A program made the translations under genes and the position numbers. From an uncultured Clostridia bacterium (GTDB lineage: Bacteria > Bacillota > Clostridia > TANB77 > CAG-508), in the NCBI GenBank assembly GCA_944390295.1, contig CALXPV010000001.1:1-51002 (forward strand): 51,002 nt of DNA. The letters run 5' to 3'. Positions 38,226 through 47,297 of this stretch are shown here, piece by piece; the stretch's first letter is position 1; every line of letters starts with the position of its first letter. The notes below the pieces were generated by a model that was given only the letters and a program-made list of their open reading frames with translations, was not told the DNA's origin and made no database searches.

Positions 38226-41200
38226 ATGAAAAGATTAAGAAATATTATACTTGCAATATCAATAATATTACCAATGATAATAACATTAATGTATTTTTCA
38301 ACAATTTCAACAGCTAGCTCTTTTACATATAACTATGATAGAAATGGAGCTCCTCCTTTTACAACGACTATAAATGGAAGAAGCACAGAAGTTTATTGTT
38401 CACAACATGGTGGATCACTATGGTCAGCATTTGGAGATATAACTTTTACAAGCCAAGCTACAAAAACAATGAGTGCAGGGCTAGCATATGCATTTTCACA
38501 ATGTTCAAACATAAATTCTAGACAATATTTAGTATGGCTATCAAACATATCAAACAATATAGCTGATATAACTGGAAATGAACATGGAAAAGGAAACCTT
38601 GATGATGCAAAAGTACAATATGCTAAAATAGACGGTTTTAATTCATATTACAACAATTTACAAAGTTATGGAAAAGATATAACTTTTGAAGATACAGATG
38701 CAGGTTTACAAAGTTCTTCAGATGATACATTTAAATTGGGCCCATTTAAATTAAACTTTTATAAGAGTGAATATTCAAAAATTTCTAGATTATATTTACA
38801 AACAGATGATAATAGACAAATAGATATAAATCAAGTTAACTTTGGAGGATATACAGGAACTGTAGCAGATATAGATTCTGGTGAAGAATTTTATATAATA
38901 TTATCAAAATCTGAAGCAGGAAATTCAACAAAAGTAAGATTGAAAGCAGATTATTCATACATAGAAGCATCTGGTACATATACACAATATATACCAAACA
39001 AAGAAACTATGTATGGAAAAACAGTACAGCGTTTAGTAACAATTGACTATCATTCAGAAGGTAAAAGTGATACTGCTACTGGAGAAGAAATAGTATTAAC
39101 GATTGACTTGGCTGGTAAAGTATTCATAGATTATCCAGCAGGAAAAAATTTGGATCCAGACGGTATTTTAAGTTCTGGAGACAAAATGCTACCAGACATA
39201 GAAGTAACATTATTTGATGCTTCAGGAAAACAAGTAGAAAAAGACGGATTACAAAATCCAACTAAGACAGATAATGATGGTTACTATGAATTTAAGGACT
39301 TACCAGCAACACAAGAATACTATGTAAGATTTAAATATAATGGTCAAATTTATGAACCAACAACATATCAAAGAGTAAGTAAAGTAATAGATACCCAAGG
39401 AAATATGGGACCAACTACAATTGCAGAAAGATCTTATGCTACAGATGGTAAACAAAACAGAAAAGACTTCAACAATAAATTTACACCAGTAGATAGTACA
39501 CATACTGTACCAGATAGAGATGATGTAAATAATGAAGCATTTAAGATTTATGCTTATACAGGTCCAAATGGTATGGAAGACTTATTATACTATGGTGTTA
39601 AAAATTCTAAAGAAGAATTAATGAATATCAACTTTGGTATTATCGAAAGAGAAAAATTTGATATGAACTTAAGAAAAGATTTAGTAAAAGTTGATATGAC
39701 AATAAATGGTAAGAGCCATACATATGAATATAACGGAACTGATCAAGTATTAGATATATCAATAAGAGGTGTTGATATTCCAGATTACAATAGAGCAATA
39801 AGATCATCAGACTTAGCTTATAAAGCAAATGATGACAATGCAGACGATAAGTTAAAAGTATTTGTAACATACAAGATTCAATTATTTAATGAATCAATGG
39901 GGGAAATCTCAGGACATATAACAGACTTAAATGATTACTATGATACATCATATGAATATCTAAGATCTTGGGATGAAAACAACAAAGAAATAACTTGGGA
40001 ACAAGTAGGAGATATTTCAGGAAATAGAAAAACATATCATAAAATGCATACAACTTCATTAGCTAATGAAGGAATTACAGATAGAAAATGGATATTTGTT
40101 GAGTACAAAGTATCTAATGATACATTAAGAGACTTATTAGAGAAAAACGATGGTGAAGGCGAAACAGAAGAAAACTTTGCAGAAATTGCCGGATATAGAA
40201 ATACTTATACAAATGATAAGAAAGACCTAAACGGACAATTAATAGTAAGTGCTGGAGAGAATGCAGGATTAATAGATATAGATTCTACACCTGCTAATAT
40301 GAATCCAACAGATAAAGAAGTTCAAGACTTTGTTGCATACTCAAAAACAGATGAATATCAAAACTTAGGTGGAGAAGAAAAAACTTCAATGAGAAACGAA
40401 GTATTTGAAGATGATGCGGATGCTGCTCCTGGATTAAGAATAACTAAAGACGATACAAATAAAAGACAATTAACAGGAAGCATATTTGAAGATGCAGCAC
40501 TTGAAGAAAAATTAAAAGAAAATGAAAGAATTGGTAATGGTTCACTAGATAATGGTGAAAATATGGTAGAACAAGTAAAAGTAGAATTAATATGTACAAA
40601 TCCAGATGTGGCAACGAAAGAAGTTAGAGCAGATGCAGATGGAAATTACTTAATTACAGATTATATTCCAGGAGACTACACTATAAAATTCACATATGGA
40701 GATTATGAAGTATTAAAATCTACAAATAATAAAAATATGTATACTGGACAAGATTATAAATCTACATTATATTATGAAGAAAATTATCAAGATGATGCAA
40801 AACACTGGTACAATAATAATGTAGATACAAGAGCAAATGATGCTAAGGATGATCAAACTAGAAGAGAAGAAGTTAATAATTATAGTAAAGACTTAAAATA
40901 TACGAATGCAACATTATTAAATTCTGAAAATACTGCTGACGAAGCAACATTAAGAGCTTTAGCAGAAAAAACTCAAATGACAGCGAATACAGCAGAAATG
41001 GCAATGGAAATTGAGTATGTAGGACAAGAAAAAACAAATTATTTAGTTAAAAATATTGACCTTGGTATTATAGAAAGACCTCGTTCAGATATATTAGTTG
41101 AAAAGAGAGTTGCAAACTTAAAATTAACAACAGCAGGAGATGGACAAACAATATTTGATACAAATCAAAGTGTAACAGACTTAACATGGAAGGCAAATGA

Positions 41201-41969
41201 AAGAAATGCTAGAGATAAAACAAAAATTGACAGGGGATTAATTCAAGCAACTATAGATGAAAACTTAATCCATGGTGCTAGTCTAGAAATAATATTTGCT
41301 ATTAAAGTAACAAATACTGGTGAAACAGATTATACAGATGAAACTTATTACAATACTGGTGTTATAACAAATAAAAATAATATAGTAACATTAGATACAG
41401 CAAATGTTATAGATTACGTTTCAAACAACTTATCTTTTGACCAAACAAGAAATACAGAATGGCAAGAAGTAGCAGATAAAACAACATTAACATCAGGAAC
41501 AGACCCATATATTAAACCAATAGATGCTACTGCAGAACAATTTAATGGATTACAAAAAGTTGTTATAGCAAATGCTAATAACCCAATTTTACAAGCAGAT
41601 CCATTAGTTCCTGAGAATGCCAAAAATAAGGCTGGAAAACAATCTTCTACACCAGAATCAACAATCTTATTAACTCAAGTAATAGCTTCTGATGGAACTA
41701 CAGCAGATGACACAGAATATGAAAACACAACAGAAGTTTATGAAACAATAACAACTAATGGTAGAAGAACATATAATGCAAGAATTGTATCAATACCTGG
41801 TAACTTTAATATAGATGAACCAGATACAGCAAAATCTGAAAGAGTATCAATTGTACCACCATTTGGTGCAATGGATGTATTAAAATATACATTAATAGCA
41901 GTATTTGCAATTGGAGTATTAGCTGTAGGTATATTTGTAATAAAAAGAAAAGTTGTTGACAAAAAATAA
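38226..41969 (+). CDS. Giant secreted surface protein (about 1247 aa) with two SdrD-B/Cna-B-like domains and a C-terminal TM anchor
   Basis: Signal/anchor peptide. SdrD-B-like segments (LAGKVFIDYPAGKNLDPDG...TDNDGYYEFKDLPATQEYYVRFKY and LTGSIFEDAALEE...ADADGNYLITDYIPGDYTIKFTY). C-terminal hydrophobic helix plus KRKVVDKK. ATG 38226 is 9 nt after AGGAGG, whereas ATG 38217 abuts the SD. Confidence 0.85.
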   Translation: MKRLRNIILAISIILPMIITLMYFSTISTASSFTYNYDRNGAPPFTTTINGRSTEVYCSQHGGSLWSAFGDITFTSQATKTMSAGLAYAFSQCSNINSRQYLVWLSNISNNIADITGNEHGKGNLDDAKVQYAKIDGFNSYYNNLQSYGKDITFEDTDAGLQSSSDDTFKLGPFKLNFYKSEYSKISRLYLQTDDNRQIDINQVNFGGYTGTVADIDSGEEFYIILSKSEAGNSTKVRLKADYSYIEASGTYTQYIPNKETMYGKTVQRLVTIDYHSEGKSDTATGEEIVLTIDLAGKVFIDYPAGKNLDPDGILSSGDKMLPDIEVTLFDASGKQVEKDGLQNPTKTDNDGYYEFKDLPATQEYYVRFKYNGQIYEPTTYQRVSKVIDTQGNMGPTTIAERSYATDGKQNRKDFNNKFTPVDSTHTVPDRDDVNNEAFKIYAYTGPNGMEDLLYYGVKNSKEELMNINFGIIEREKFDMNLRKDLVKVDMTINGKSHTYEYNGTDQVLDISIRGVDIPDYNRAIRSSDLAYKANDDNADDKLKVFVTYKIQLFNESMGEISGHITDLNDYYDTSYEYLRSWDENNKEITWEQVGDISGNRKTYHKMHTTSLANEGITDRKWIFVEYKVSNDTLRDLLEKNDGEGETEENFAEIAGYRNTYTNDKKDLNGQLIVSAGENAGLIDIDSTPANMNPTDKEVQDFVAYSKTDEYQNLGGEEKTSMRNEVFEDDADAAPGLRITKDDTNKRQLTGSIFEDAALEEKLKENERIGNGSLDNGENMVEQVKVELICTNPDVATKEVRADADGNYLITDYIPGDYTIKFTYGDYEVLKSTNNKNMYTGQDYKSTLYYEENYQDDAKHWYNNNVDTRANDAKDDQTRREEVNNYSKDLKYTNATLLNSENTADEATLRALAEKTQMTANTAEMAMEIEYVGQEKTNYLVKNIDLGIIERPRSDILVEKRVANLKLTTAGDGQTIFDTNQSVTDLTWKANERNARDKTKIDRGLIQATIDENLIHGASLEIIFAIKVTNTGETDYTDETYYNTGVITNKNNIVTLDTANVIDYVSNNLSFDQTRNTEWQEVADKTTLTSGTDPYIKPIDATAEQFNGLQKVVIANANNPILQADPLVPENAKNKAGKQSSTPESTILLTQVIASDGTTADDTEYENTTEVYETITTNGRRTYNARIVSIPGNFNIDEPDTAKSERVSIVPPFGAMDVLKYTLIAVFAIGVLAVGIFVIKRKVVDKK

Positions 41970-41979
41970 CATAAATAAG

Positions 41980-42011
41980 AAAAGGTAGATTTTTAAAATC
42001 TACCTTTTTTT
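41980..42011 (+). terminator. Rho-independent terminator
   Basis: Stem AAAGGTAGATTTT/AAAATCTACCTTT followed by a T-run. Confidence 0.75.
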
Positions 42012-42061
42012 AATGTATACTATTGAAAAAGATATTATGGTGTGATATAAAATTGTCATTA

Positions 42062-42217
42062 GCAGATGTATCAGTATATGCAAAATTTGTAAGAAAATGA
42101 AGAAAAAAAAGATGAAACACCAAAAAACAGGTGTTGCAAGTTATTTAACAGTAGGCGTAGGAGTTGCAGTTATTTCAACAAATAGCTGTAGTTTATTTAA
42201 GAAAAAGAAATGCTTAA
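42062..42217 (+). pseudogene. Decayed 3' remnant of a paralogue of the 43257-44429 surface-protein gene (frameshifted sorting signal)
   Basis: 42099-42217 aligns by eye almost base-for-base with 44313-44429 (GATGAAAC.CCAAAAA(A)CAGGT.TTGCAAGTTATTTA...GGAGTTGCAGTTATTTC...GTAGTTTATTTAAGAAAAAGAAATGCTTAA). An extra A in the CCAAAAAACAGG run and a second indel break the frame. There is no upstream ORF body. Confidence 0.7.
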
Positions 42218-42275
42218 GTAAAGTGTTAAAATAAAAGGGATAGACTTGCTATATAAGTCTATCCTTAATATTTTG
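42099..42275 (+). repeat. Copy A of a duplicated segment (gene 3' end plus terminator hairpin)
   Basis: See the pseudogene entry. The hairpin GGATAGACTT...AAGTCTATCC (42238-42264) is homologous to GGATAGAC...GTCTATCC at 44493-44516. Confidence 0.7.
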
Positions 42276-42284
42276 GAGAGGATT

Positions 42285-43058
42285 ATGGCAAAACATTTTA
42301 AAGAGAAAGAAAAGAAGCCACATAGATTGCTTCGCATAATTTTAATTATGCTAATTATAATATCTGTTACATACATAATTAAATATTTTATAGATAGAAA
42401 TGCAACAAATCATGAAAGTGACGTGTTAGATTCTATAGAAATTGATGAAAAACAGATAACAGATGATACAACCGAAAGAATGTTACAAATAAAAGAACTT
42501 CAAAAAGAAAATTCGGATATAGTTGGCTGGCTAGAAATAGAAGGAACTAATATAAATTATCCTGTGCTACAAGGTGATGATAATAGTTATTATATGACTC
42601 ATAATTATAAAAGAGAAACAACATCATCAGGCTCATTATTTTTAGATAAAGACTATGATTGGGATATACCAAGCAGTAATTTATTAATTTATGGACATAA
42701 TAATCTAGATGGATTAATGTTTCAAGAATTATTAAAATATGAAGATGAAGATTTTTATAAAGAGCATCCAACATTTAGATTTACAACAGCAGATGAAGAT
42801 TCAGAATATGAGATAATATCTGCATTTAGATCAAAAGTTTATTATAAATCTGAAAAAAATGTATTTAGATATTATTATTTTATAAATGCAGAAAATGAGA
42901 AAGAGTACAATGAATTTGTTGATTCTGCAAAAGAAAACTCACTTTATGATACAGGAAAAACAGCCGAATATGGAGACCAATTAATGACTTTATCTACTTG
43001 TGCATATCATATAGAAGATGGTAGATTTGCAGTGGTGGCAAGGGAAAAAGAAGATTGA
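42285..43058 (+). CDS. srtB: Class B sortase
   Basis: N-terminal TM anchor. DIVGWLEIEGTNINYPVLQGDDNSYYMTH, LIYGHN and the catalytic MTLSTC motif, then a conserved Arg (RFAVVARE). It aligns well by eye with S. aureus SrtB. ATG 42285 follows GGAGAGG; the ORF-track TTG at 42246 lies inside the terminator hairpin. Confidence 0.88.
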   Translation: MAKHFKEKEKKPHRLLRIILIMLIIISVTYIIKYFIDRNATNHESDVLDSIEIDEKQITDDTTERMLQIKELQKENSDIVGWLEIEGTNINYPVLQGDDNSYYMTHNYKRETTSSGSLFLDKDYDWDIPSSNLLIYGHNNLDGLMFQELLKYEDEDFYKEHPTFRFTTADEDSEYEIISAFRSKVYYKSEKNVFRYYYFINAENEKEYNEFVDSAKENSLYDTGKTAEYGDQLMTLSTCAYHIEDGRFAVVAREKED

Positions 43059-43256
43059 TAGAATTTTTGGTAGATAAAAAGTATTTTTTCTAAATCTATT
43101 TTTTTATTGCAAAAAAAATATTGTTATGATATAAAGTTAATAAATAGATAAAAGTTTATGAATAACGAAAGAAAATAATAACTCTTTTCAAAATTTAATT
43201 ATTGGTATTTATATTATATATATAAATATAATTGTGTTGAAAGGGGAGGTGAAAAA

Positions 43257-44429
43257 ATGAGCAAAACACTAAAAATAGCTTTATTTACAGTATTATTAGT
43301 AGCAAGTCTATTATTATTTACTAATGTTAGTAAAGCTGCAACAAAAGATGTTGGAACAGAAGCTGATTTAAGAAGTGCTTTAGCAGATTCAAGTGTAACT
43401 GAAATAACATTAACTGATGATATCACAATGAATGCTCCTATAGAAGTAAATCATACTGTTACTATAAATGGAGATTATCATGATTTAATTGGTTCAGATG
43501 AATGGAATACTAAAGTAGAAAATAAAGAACTTACTGGAAACCAAACAATTTTAACATCTACTGCAGGAACATTAACATTACAAAATATGAGTATAAGTAA
43601 TTCACCAAAATATGGTGTACAAGCTTTTGATGGAAGTGTTGTATTAAGTAATGTTAGCATTAGTGACTGTGGCTTTGGTGGAGTTTTACTTAATGGAGGA
43701 ACTGTTACTGTTAAATATTTACATTTGGGATATAATGGTGCAGCAGCTAACAATGGTATAGAAATAGATCAAGGAACTTCAACAGGAACACCAAAATTAG
43801 TAATGGATGGTTCTATTACAACTAGCCAATCTGAAAATGTAGTTCGTACAGCTGACAATGCTAATTTAAAATCATTTATTGTAGAAAATACAGAGGATTC
43901 AAGTTATAAAGTAGTTATTGCAGATGGACAACTTACTTTAAAAAATAGCCTTAATCAAGTAGTTTCACAAAGTGCTATTACAGATGGAGTAACAGCAGAT
44001 GTAGACCAAGATTCTGATATTGTTTTAACAATTCTTACAGAGGATAATCAAGTTGTTGAATTAGCTTTAGAACCAGGTACAACTGTTTCTAAAGATTATA
44101 TATCAAAATTTGTTTCAGTTCCATCAGGAATGGTAGTTGGAACAATATATAACAGTGATCAAGCATATTATGAATTTGATTTCTCACAACCATTAAATTC
44201 TAATGCTATGGCATATGTAACATTTACAAAAGCTGTTGACGAAGGTAATACACCTGTAGATGACGAAGAAAAAAATGAAGAAGATAAAACTTCAGATGAA
44301 GAAGCTAAATCTGAAGAAGAAAAAGATGAAACTCCAAAAACAGGTATTGCAAGTTATTTAGCAGTAGCACTAGGAGTTGCAGTTATTTCTACAGTAGGTG
44401 TAGTTTATTTAAGAAAAAGAAATGCTTAA
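43257..44429 (+). CDS. Cell-wall-anchored surface protein with a beta-helix-like N-terminal domain and a TPKTG sorting signal
   Basis: Signal peptide ending VSKA. G/N/T/V-rich repeats (SNVSISDCGFGGVLLNGGTVTV) suggest a parallel beta-helix. An acidic E/K/D linker follows. The C-terminus has TPKTG, then a hydrophobic helix, then RKRNA. Confidence 0.8.
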   Translation: MSKTLKIALFTVLLVASLLLFTNVSKAATKDVGTEADLRSALADSSVTEITLTDDITMNAPIEVNHTVTINGDYHDLIGSDEWNTKVENKELTGNQTILTSTAGTLTLQNMSISNSPKYGVQAFDGSVVLSNVSISDCGFGGVLLNGGTVTVKYLHLGYNGAAANNGIEIDQGTSTGTPKLVMDGSITTSQSENVVRTADNANLKSFIVENTEDSSYKVVIADGQLTLKNSLNQVVSQSAITDGVTADVDQDSDIVLTILTEDNQVVELALEPGTTVSKDYISKFVSVPSGMVVGTIYNSDQAYYEFDFSQPLNSNAMAYVTFTKAVDEGNTPVDDEEKNEEDKTSDEEAKSEEEKDETPKTGIASYLAVALGVAVISTVGVVYLRKRNA

Positions 44430-44527
44430 ATTATACATATTAATAATTTTTAAGAAATTAAAAGCTTTTAAAAGCTAAAAGTATAGAATAGAGGATAGAC
44501 TTAATATGGTCTATCCTTAAATTTTGT
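44313..44527 (+). repeat. Copy B (intact) of the duplicated gene 3' end plus terminator hairpin
   Basis: Homologous to 42099-42275. It includes the terminator stem GGATAGAC/GTCTATCC (44493-44516). Confidence 0.7.
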
Positions 44528-44671
44528 AAAAATATTAATATAATACAATGATTTATTAAGTTAAACAATATTAATAAAAACAACAAAAATGGGAAAAATA
44601 TTAGAAAATTTAGACATTTAAAAAAAAGAATGATACAATAGGTAAAACGAAAAAGAAAGGAAGTAGATAAA

Positions 44672-46072
44672 ATGACATATGGTGAAGAGCTAAAAGAGAA
44701 ATTATTTTCTAAAAAAACAAATGGCTGGTTAAAATTATCAGACGAATTAAAGAAGGAAATCTTTGATTACAATGATAACTATATGAAATTTTTAAATGAA
44801 TCAAAAACAGAAAGAGAAATAGTTACAAGTGCTAAAAAAATTGCAGAAGAAAATGGATTCAAAGATATAAACGAAGTAGAACACTTAAATGTAGGAGATA
44901 AAGTATATTATATAAATAAAGAGAAAAGCATGTATTTAGCTGTAATAGGCGAAGAAAAAATGGAAAACGGAGTAAATATAATAGGTTCACATGCAGATTC
45001 TCCTAGACTAGATTTAAAGCCAAATCCAGTATATGAAGATCAAGAATTAGCATATTTTAAAACACATTACTATGGAGGAATTAAAAAATATCAATGGACA
45101 ACAATTCCACTTAGTATACATGGTGTTATAATAAAAGAAAATGGAGAAAAGGTAACAATAAAAATTGGAGAAGATGAGAATGATCCAATTTTTACAATAA
45201 CAGATTTATTACCACATTTAGCAGTAGAACAACAAAATTCTAAGCTAAGAGAAGCTATAAAAGGAAAAGACTTAAATCTATTAGTAGGAAGTATTCCTTT
45301 TGATGAAGATATTTCAGAAAATGTTAAACTAAATTTATTAAATATCTTAAATAAAAAATATGGAATAGTAGAAAAAGACTTTAGTAGTGCAGAACTAGAA
45401 GTAGTTCCAGCATATAAAGCAAGAACACAAGGATTTGACGAAAGCATGGTTGCAGGATATGGTCAAGATGATAAAGTATGTGTATATACATCTTTAACAG
45501 CAATGATGCAACTTAAAAATATTAAGAAAACAGCAGTATGTATAATTGCAGACAAAGAAGAAATTGGAAGTATGGGAAATACAGGTATGCAATCACAAGC
45601 ATTTGATACATTTATGTCATACTTATTAAATAAAACAGGAGAAAACAGAGTAAACTTATTAGAAAAAGTATATTGTAATTCTAAAATGCTTTCAGCAGAT
45701 GTTGATGCAGCAGTAGATCCAATATATGCAAGCGTTTCTGATAAAATGAATGCAGGATATTTAGGATATGGAATTGCACTAAATAAATATACAGGTGCTG
45801 GTGGAAAATACGACGCTTCAGATGCAAATGCAGAATATATTGCAGAAGTAAAAGGCATATTTGATAAAAACAATATTAAATATCAAGTTTCAGAATTAGG
45901 TGAAGTAGATATAGGAGGAGGCGGAACTATTGCATATATCCTAGCAAACAAAGGAATAGATGTAATAGACTGTGGAGTTCCAGTATTATGTATGCATTCA
46001 CCATATGAAGTAACAAGCAAATATGACGTATATACAGCATATAAAGCATATCAAGCATTCTGGAATGCATAG
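44672..46072 (+). CDS. M18-family aminopeptidase
   Basis: 466 aa. GSHADSPRLDLKP, a DKEEIGS-type motif (ADKEEIGSMGNTG) and a C-terminal MHSPYE are typical of M18 aminopeptidases. Confidence 0.82.
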   Translation: MTYGEELKEKLFSKKTNGWLKLSDELKKEIFDYNDNYMKFLNESKTEREIVTSAKKIAEENGFKDINEVEHLNVGDKVYYINKEKSMYLAVIGEEKMENGVNIIGSHADSPRLDLKPNPVYEDQELAYFKTHYYGGIKKYQWTTIPLSIHGVIIKENGEKVTIKIGEDENDPIFTITDLLPHLAVEQQNSKLREAIKGKDLNLLVGSIPFDEDISENVKLNLLNILNKKYGIVEKDFSSAELEVVPAYKARTQGFDESMVAGYGQDDKVCVYTSLTAMMQLKNIKKTAVCIIADKEEIGSMGNTGMQSQAFDTFMSYLLNKTGENRVNLLEKVYCNSKMLSADVDAAVDPIYASVSDKMNAGYLGYGIALNKYTGAGGKYDASDANAEYIAEVKGIFDKNNIKYQVSELGEVDIGGGGTIAYILANKGIDVIDCGVPVLCMHSPYEVTSKYDVYTAYKAYQAFWNA

Positions 46073-46093
46073 AAATTAAATAAAACTAAGAAT

Positions 46094-46131
46094 TTTGAAC
46101 TTTAGGGACGGTCCTTAAAGTTCAAATTTTG
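46094..46131 (+). terminator. Rho-independent terminator
   Basis: Long stem TTTGAACTTTAGGGAC/GTCCTTAAAGTTCAAA followed by TTTT. Confidence 0.75.
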
Positions 46132-46172
46132 CTTTAAACTAATGAACTTTTAGAACTGTACTAAAGTACATC

Positions 46173-46201
46173 TTGAAAAAATAGGCAATATTGTGTATAA
46201 T
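46173..46201 (+). promoter_or_regulatory. Candidate sigma-A promoter of prfA
   Basis: TTGAAA (46173-46178), a 17-nt spacer, then TATAAT (46196-46201). Confidence 0.55.
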
Positions 46202-46235
46202 AGGAAATAGAGTTTATAAAAAAGAGGAGATAAGT

Positions 46236-47297
46236 ATGTTTGATAAGTTAGACGCGGTAGAAGAAAGATATGAGGAATTAACAAGATTAATTAGTGATCC
46301 AGAAGTTATTAGTAATCATTCAGAATGGCAAAAATATGTAAAGGAACATGCAGAATTAACTGACGTTGTAGAAAAATACAGAGAATATAAAAAAGTAGAA
46401 CAAACAATGAAAGAAGCCGAAGAAATGATGCAAGATAAAGAACTTAAAGAACTTGCAGAGGCTGACTACTATTCTGCAAAAGAACAATTACCAAAAATAG
46501 AAGAAGAACTAAAAATGTTATTAGTTCCAAAGGACAAAGACGATGATAAAAACATAATCTGTGAAATAAGAGCAGGTGCTGGAGGAGATGAAGCAGCACT
46601 ATTTGCTGGTACATTGTTTAGAATGTATAGTATGTATGCAGAAAGAAAACATTGGAAATTAGACATATTAAATGAGAATGAAACAGAACTTGGTGGATAT
46701 AAAGAAATTTCATTTATGATAACAGGAAAAGGCGCATATAGTAGATTAAAATATGAAAGTGGTGTACATAGAGTACAAAGAGTTCCAGATACAGAAAGCA
46801 GTGGAAGAATTCATACATCTACAGCAACAGTTGCAGTACTTCCTGTAGTAGAAGATGTTGAAATAGAAATTAACCCTGCAGATATAAGAATGGAAGTATT
46901 TAGAGCTTCAGGAGCAGGTGGACAACATATTAATAAAACATCATCAGCAGTAAGACTTATTCATGAGCCAACAGGAATTGTTGCAGAATGCCAAACAGAA
47001 AGATCACAATTCCAAAACAGAGAATATGCTATGAAAATGCTACGTTCTAGATTATATGAAATAGAAAAAGAAAAGCAAGATAGTGAGCTTGCAAATGAAA
47101 GAAAATCTCAAATAGGAAGTGGAGATAGAAGTGAAAAGATAAGAACTTATAATTACCCACAAGGAAGAATAACAGACCACAGAATTGGACTTAGCATATT
47201 CCAAATGGAAGACTTCTTAAATGGAAATATTGACAATATGATAGATAGTTTAACAGCTGCAGATGTTGCAGAAAAATTAAAAGGTGAAGAAGAATAA
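46236..47297 (+). CDS. prfA: Peptide chain release factor 1
   Basis: GGQ motif ([11 protein letters not shown]) and an RF1-type PxT tripeptide region ([22 protein letters not shown]). ATG 46236 follows the SD AGAGGAG. Confidence 0.92.
   Translation: MFDKLDAVEERYEELTRLISDPEVISNHSEWQKYVKEHAELTDVVEKYREYKKVEQTMKEAEEMMQDKELKELAEADYYSAKEQLPKIEEELKMLLVPKDKDDDKNIICEIRAGAGGDEAALFAGTLFRMYSMYAERKHWKLDILNENETELGGYKEISFMITGKGAYSRLKYESGVHRVQRVPDTESSGRIHTSTATVAVLPVVEDVEIEINPADIRMEVFRASGAGGQHINKTSSAVRLIHEPTGIVAECQTERSQFQNREYAMKMLRSRLYEIEKEKQDSELANERKSQIGSGDRSEKIRTYNYPQGRITDHRIGLSIFQMEDFLNGNIDNMIDSLTAADVAEKLKGEEE

Noticed and set aside
42246-42284. TTG start given for the sortase ORF
   Set aside because: These codons lie within the terminator hairpin of the upstream remnant. 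The ATG at 42285 has a proper SD and gives the typical basic N-terminus plus TM anchor.
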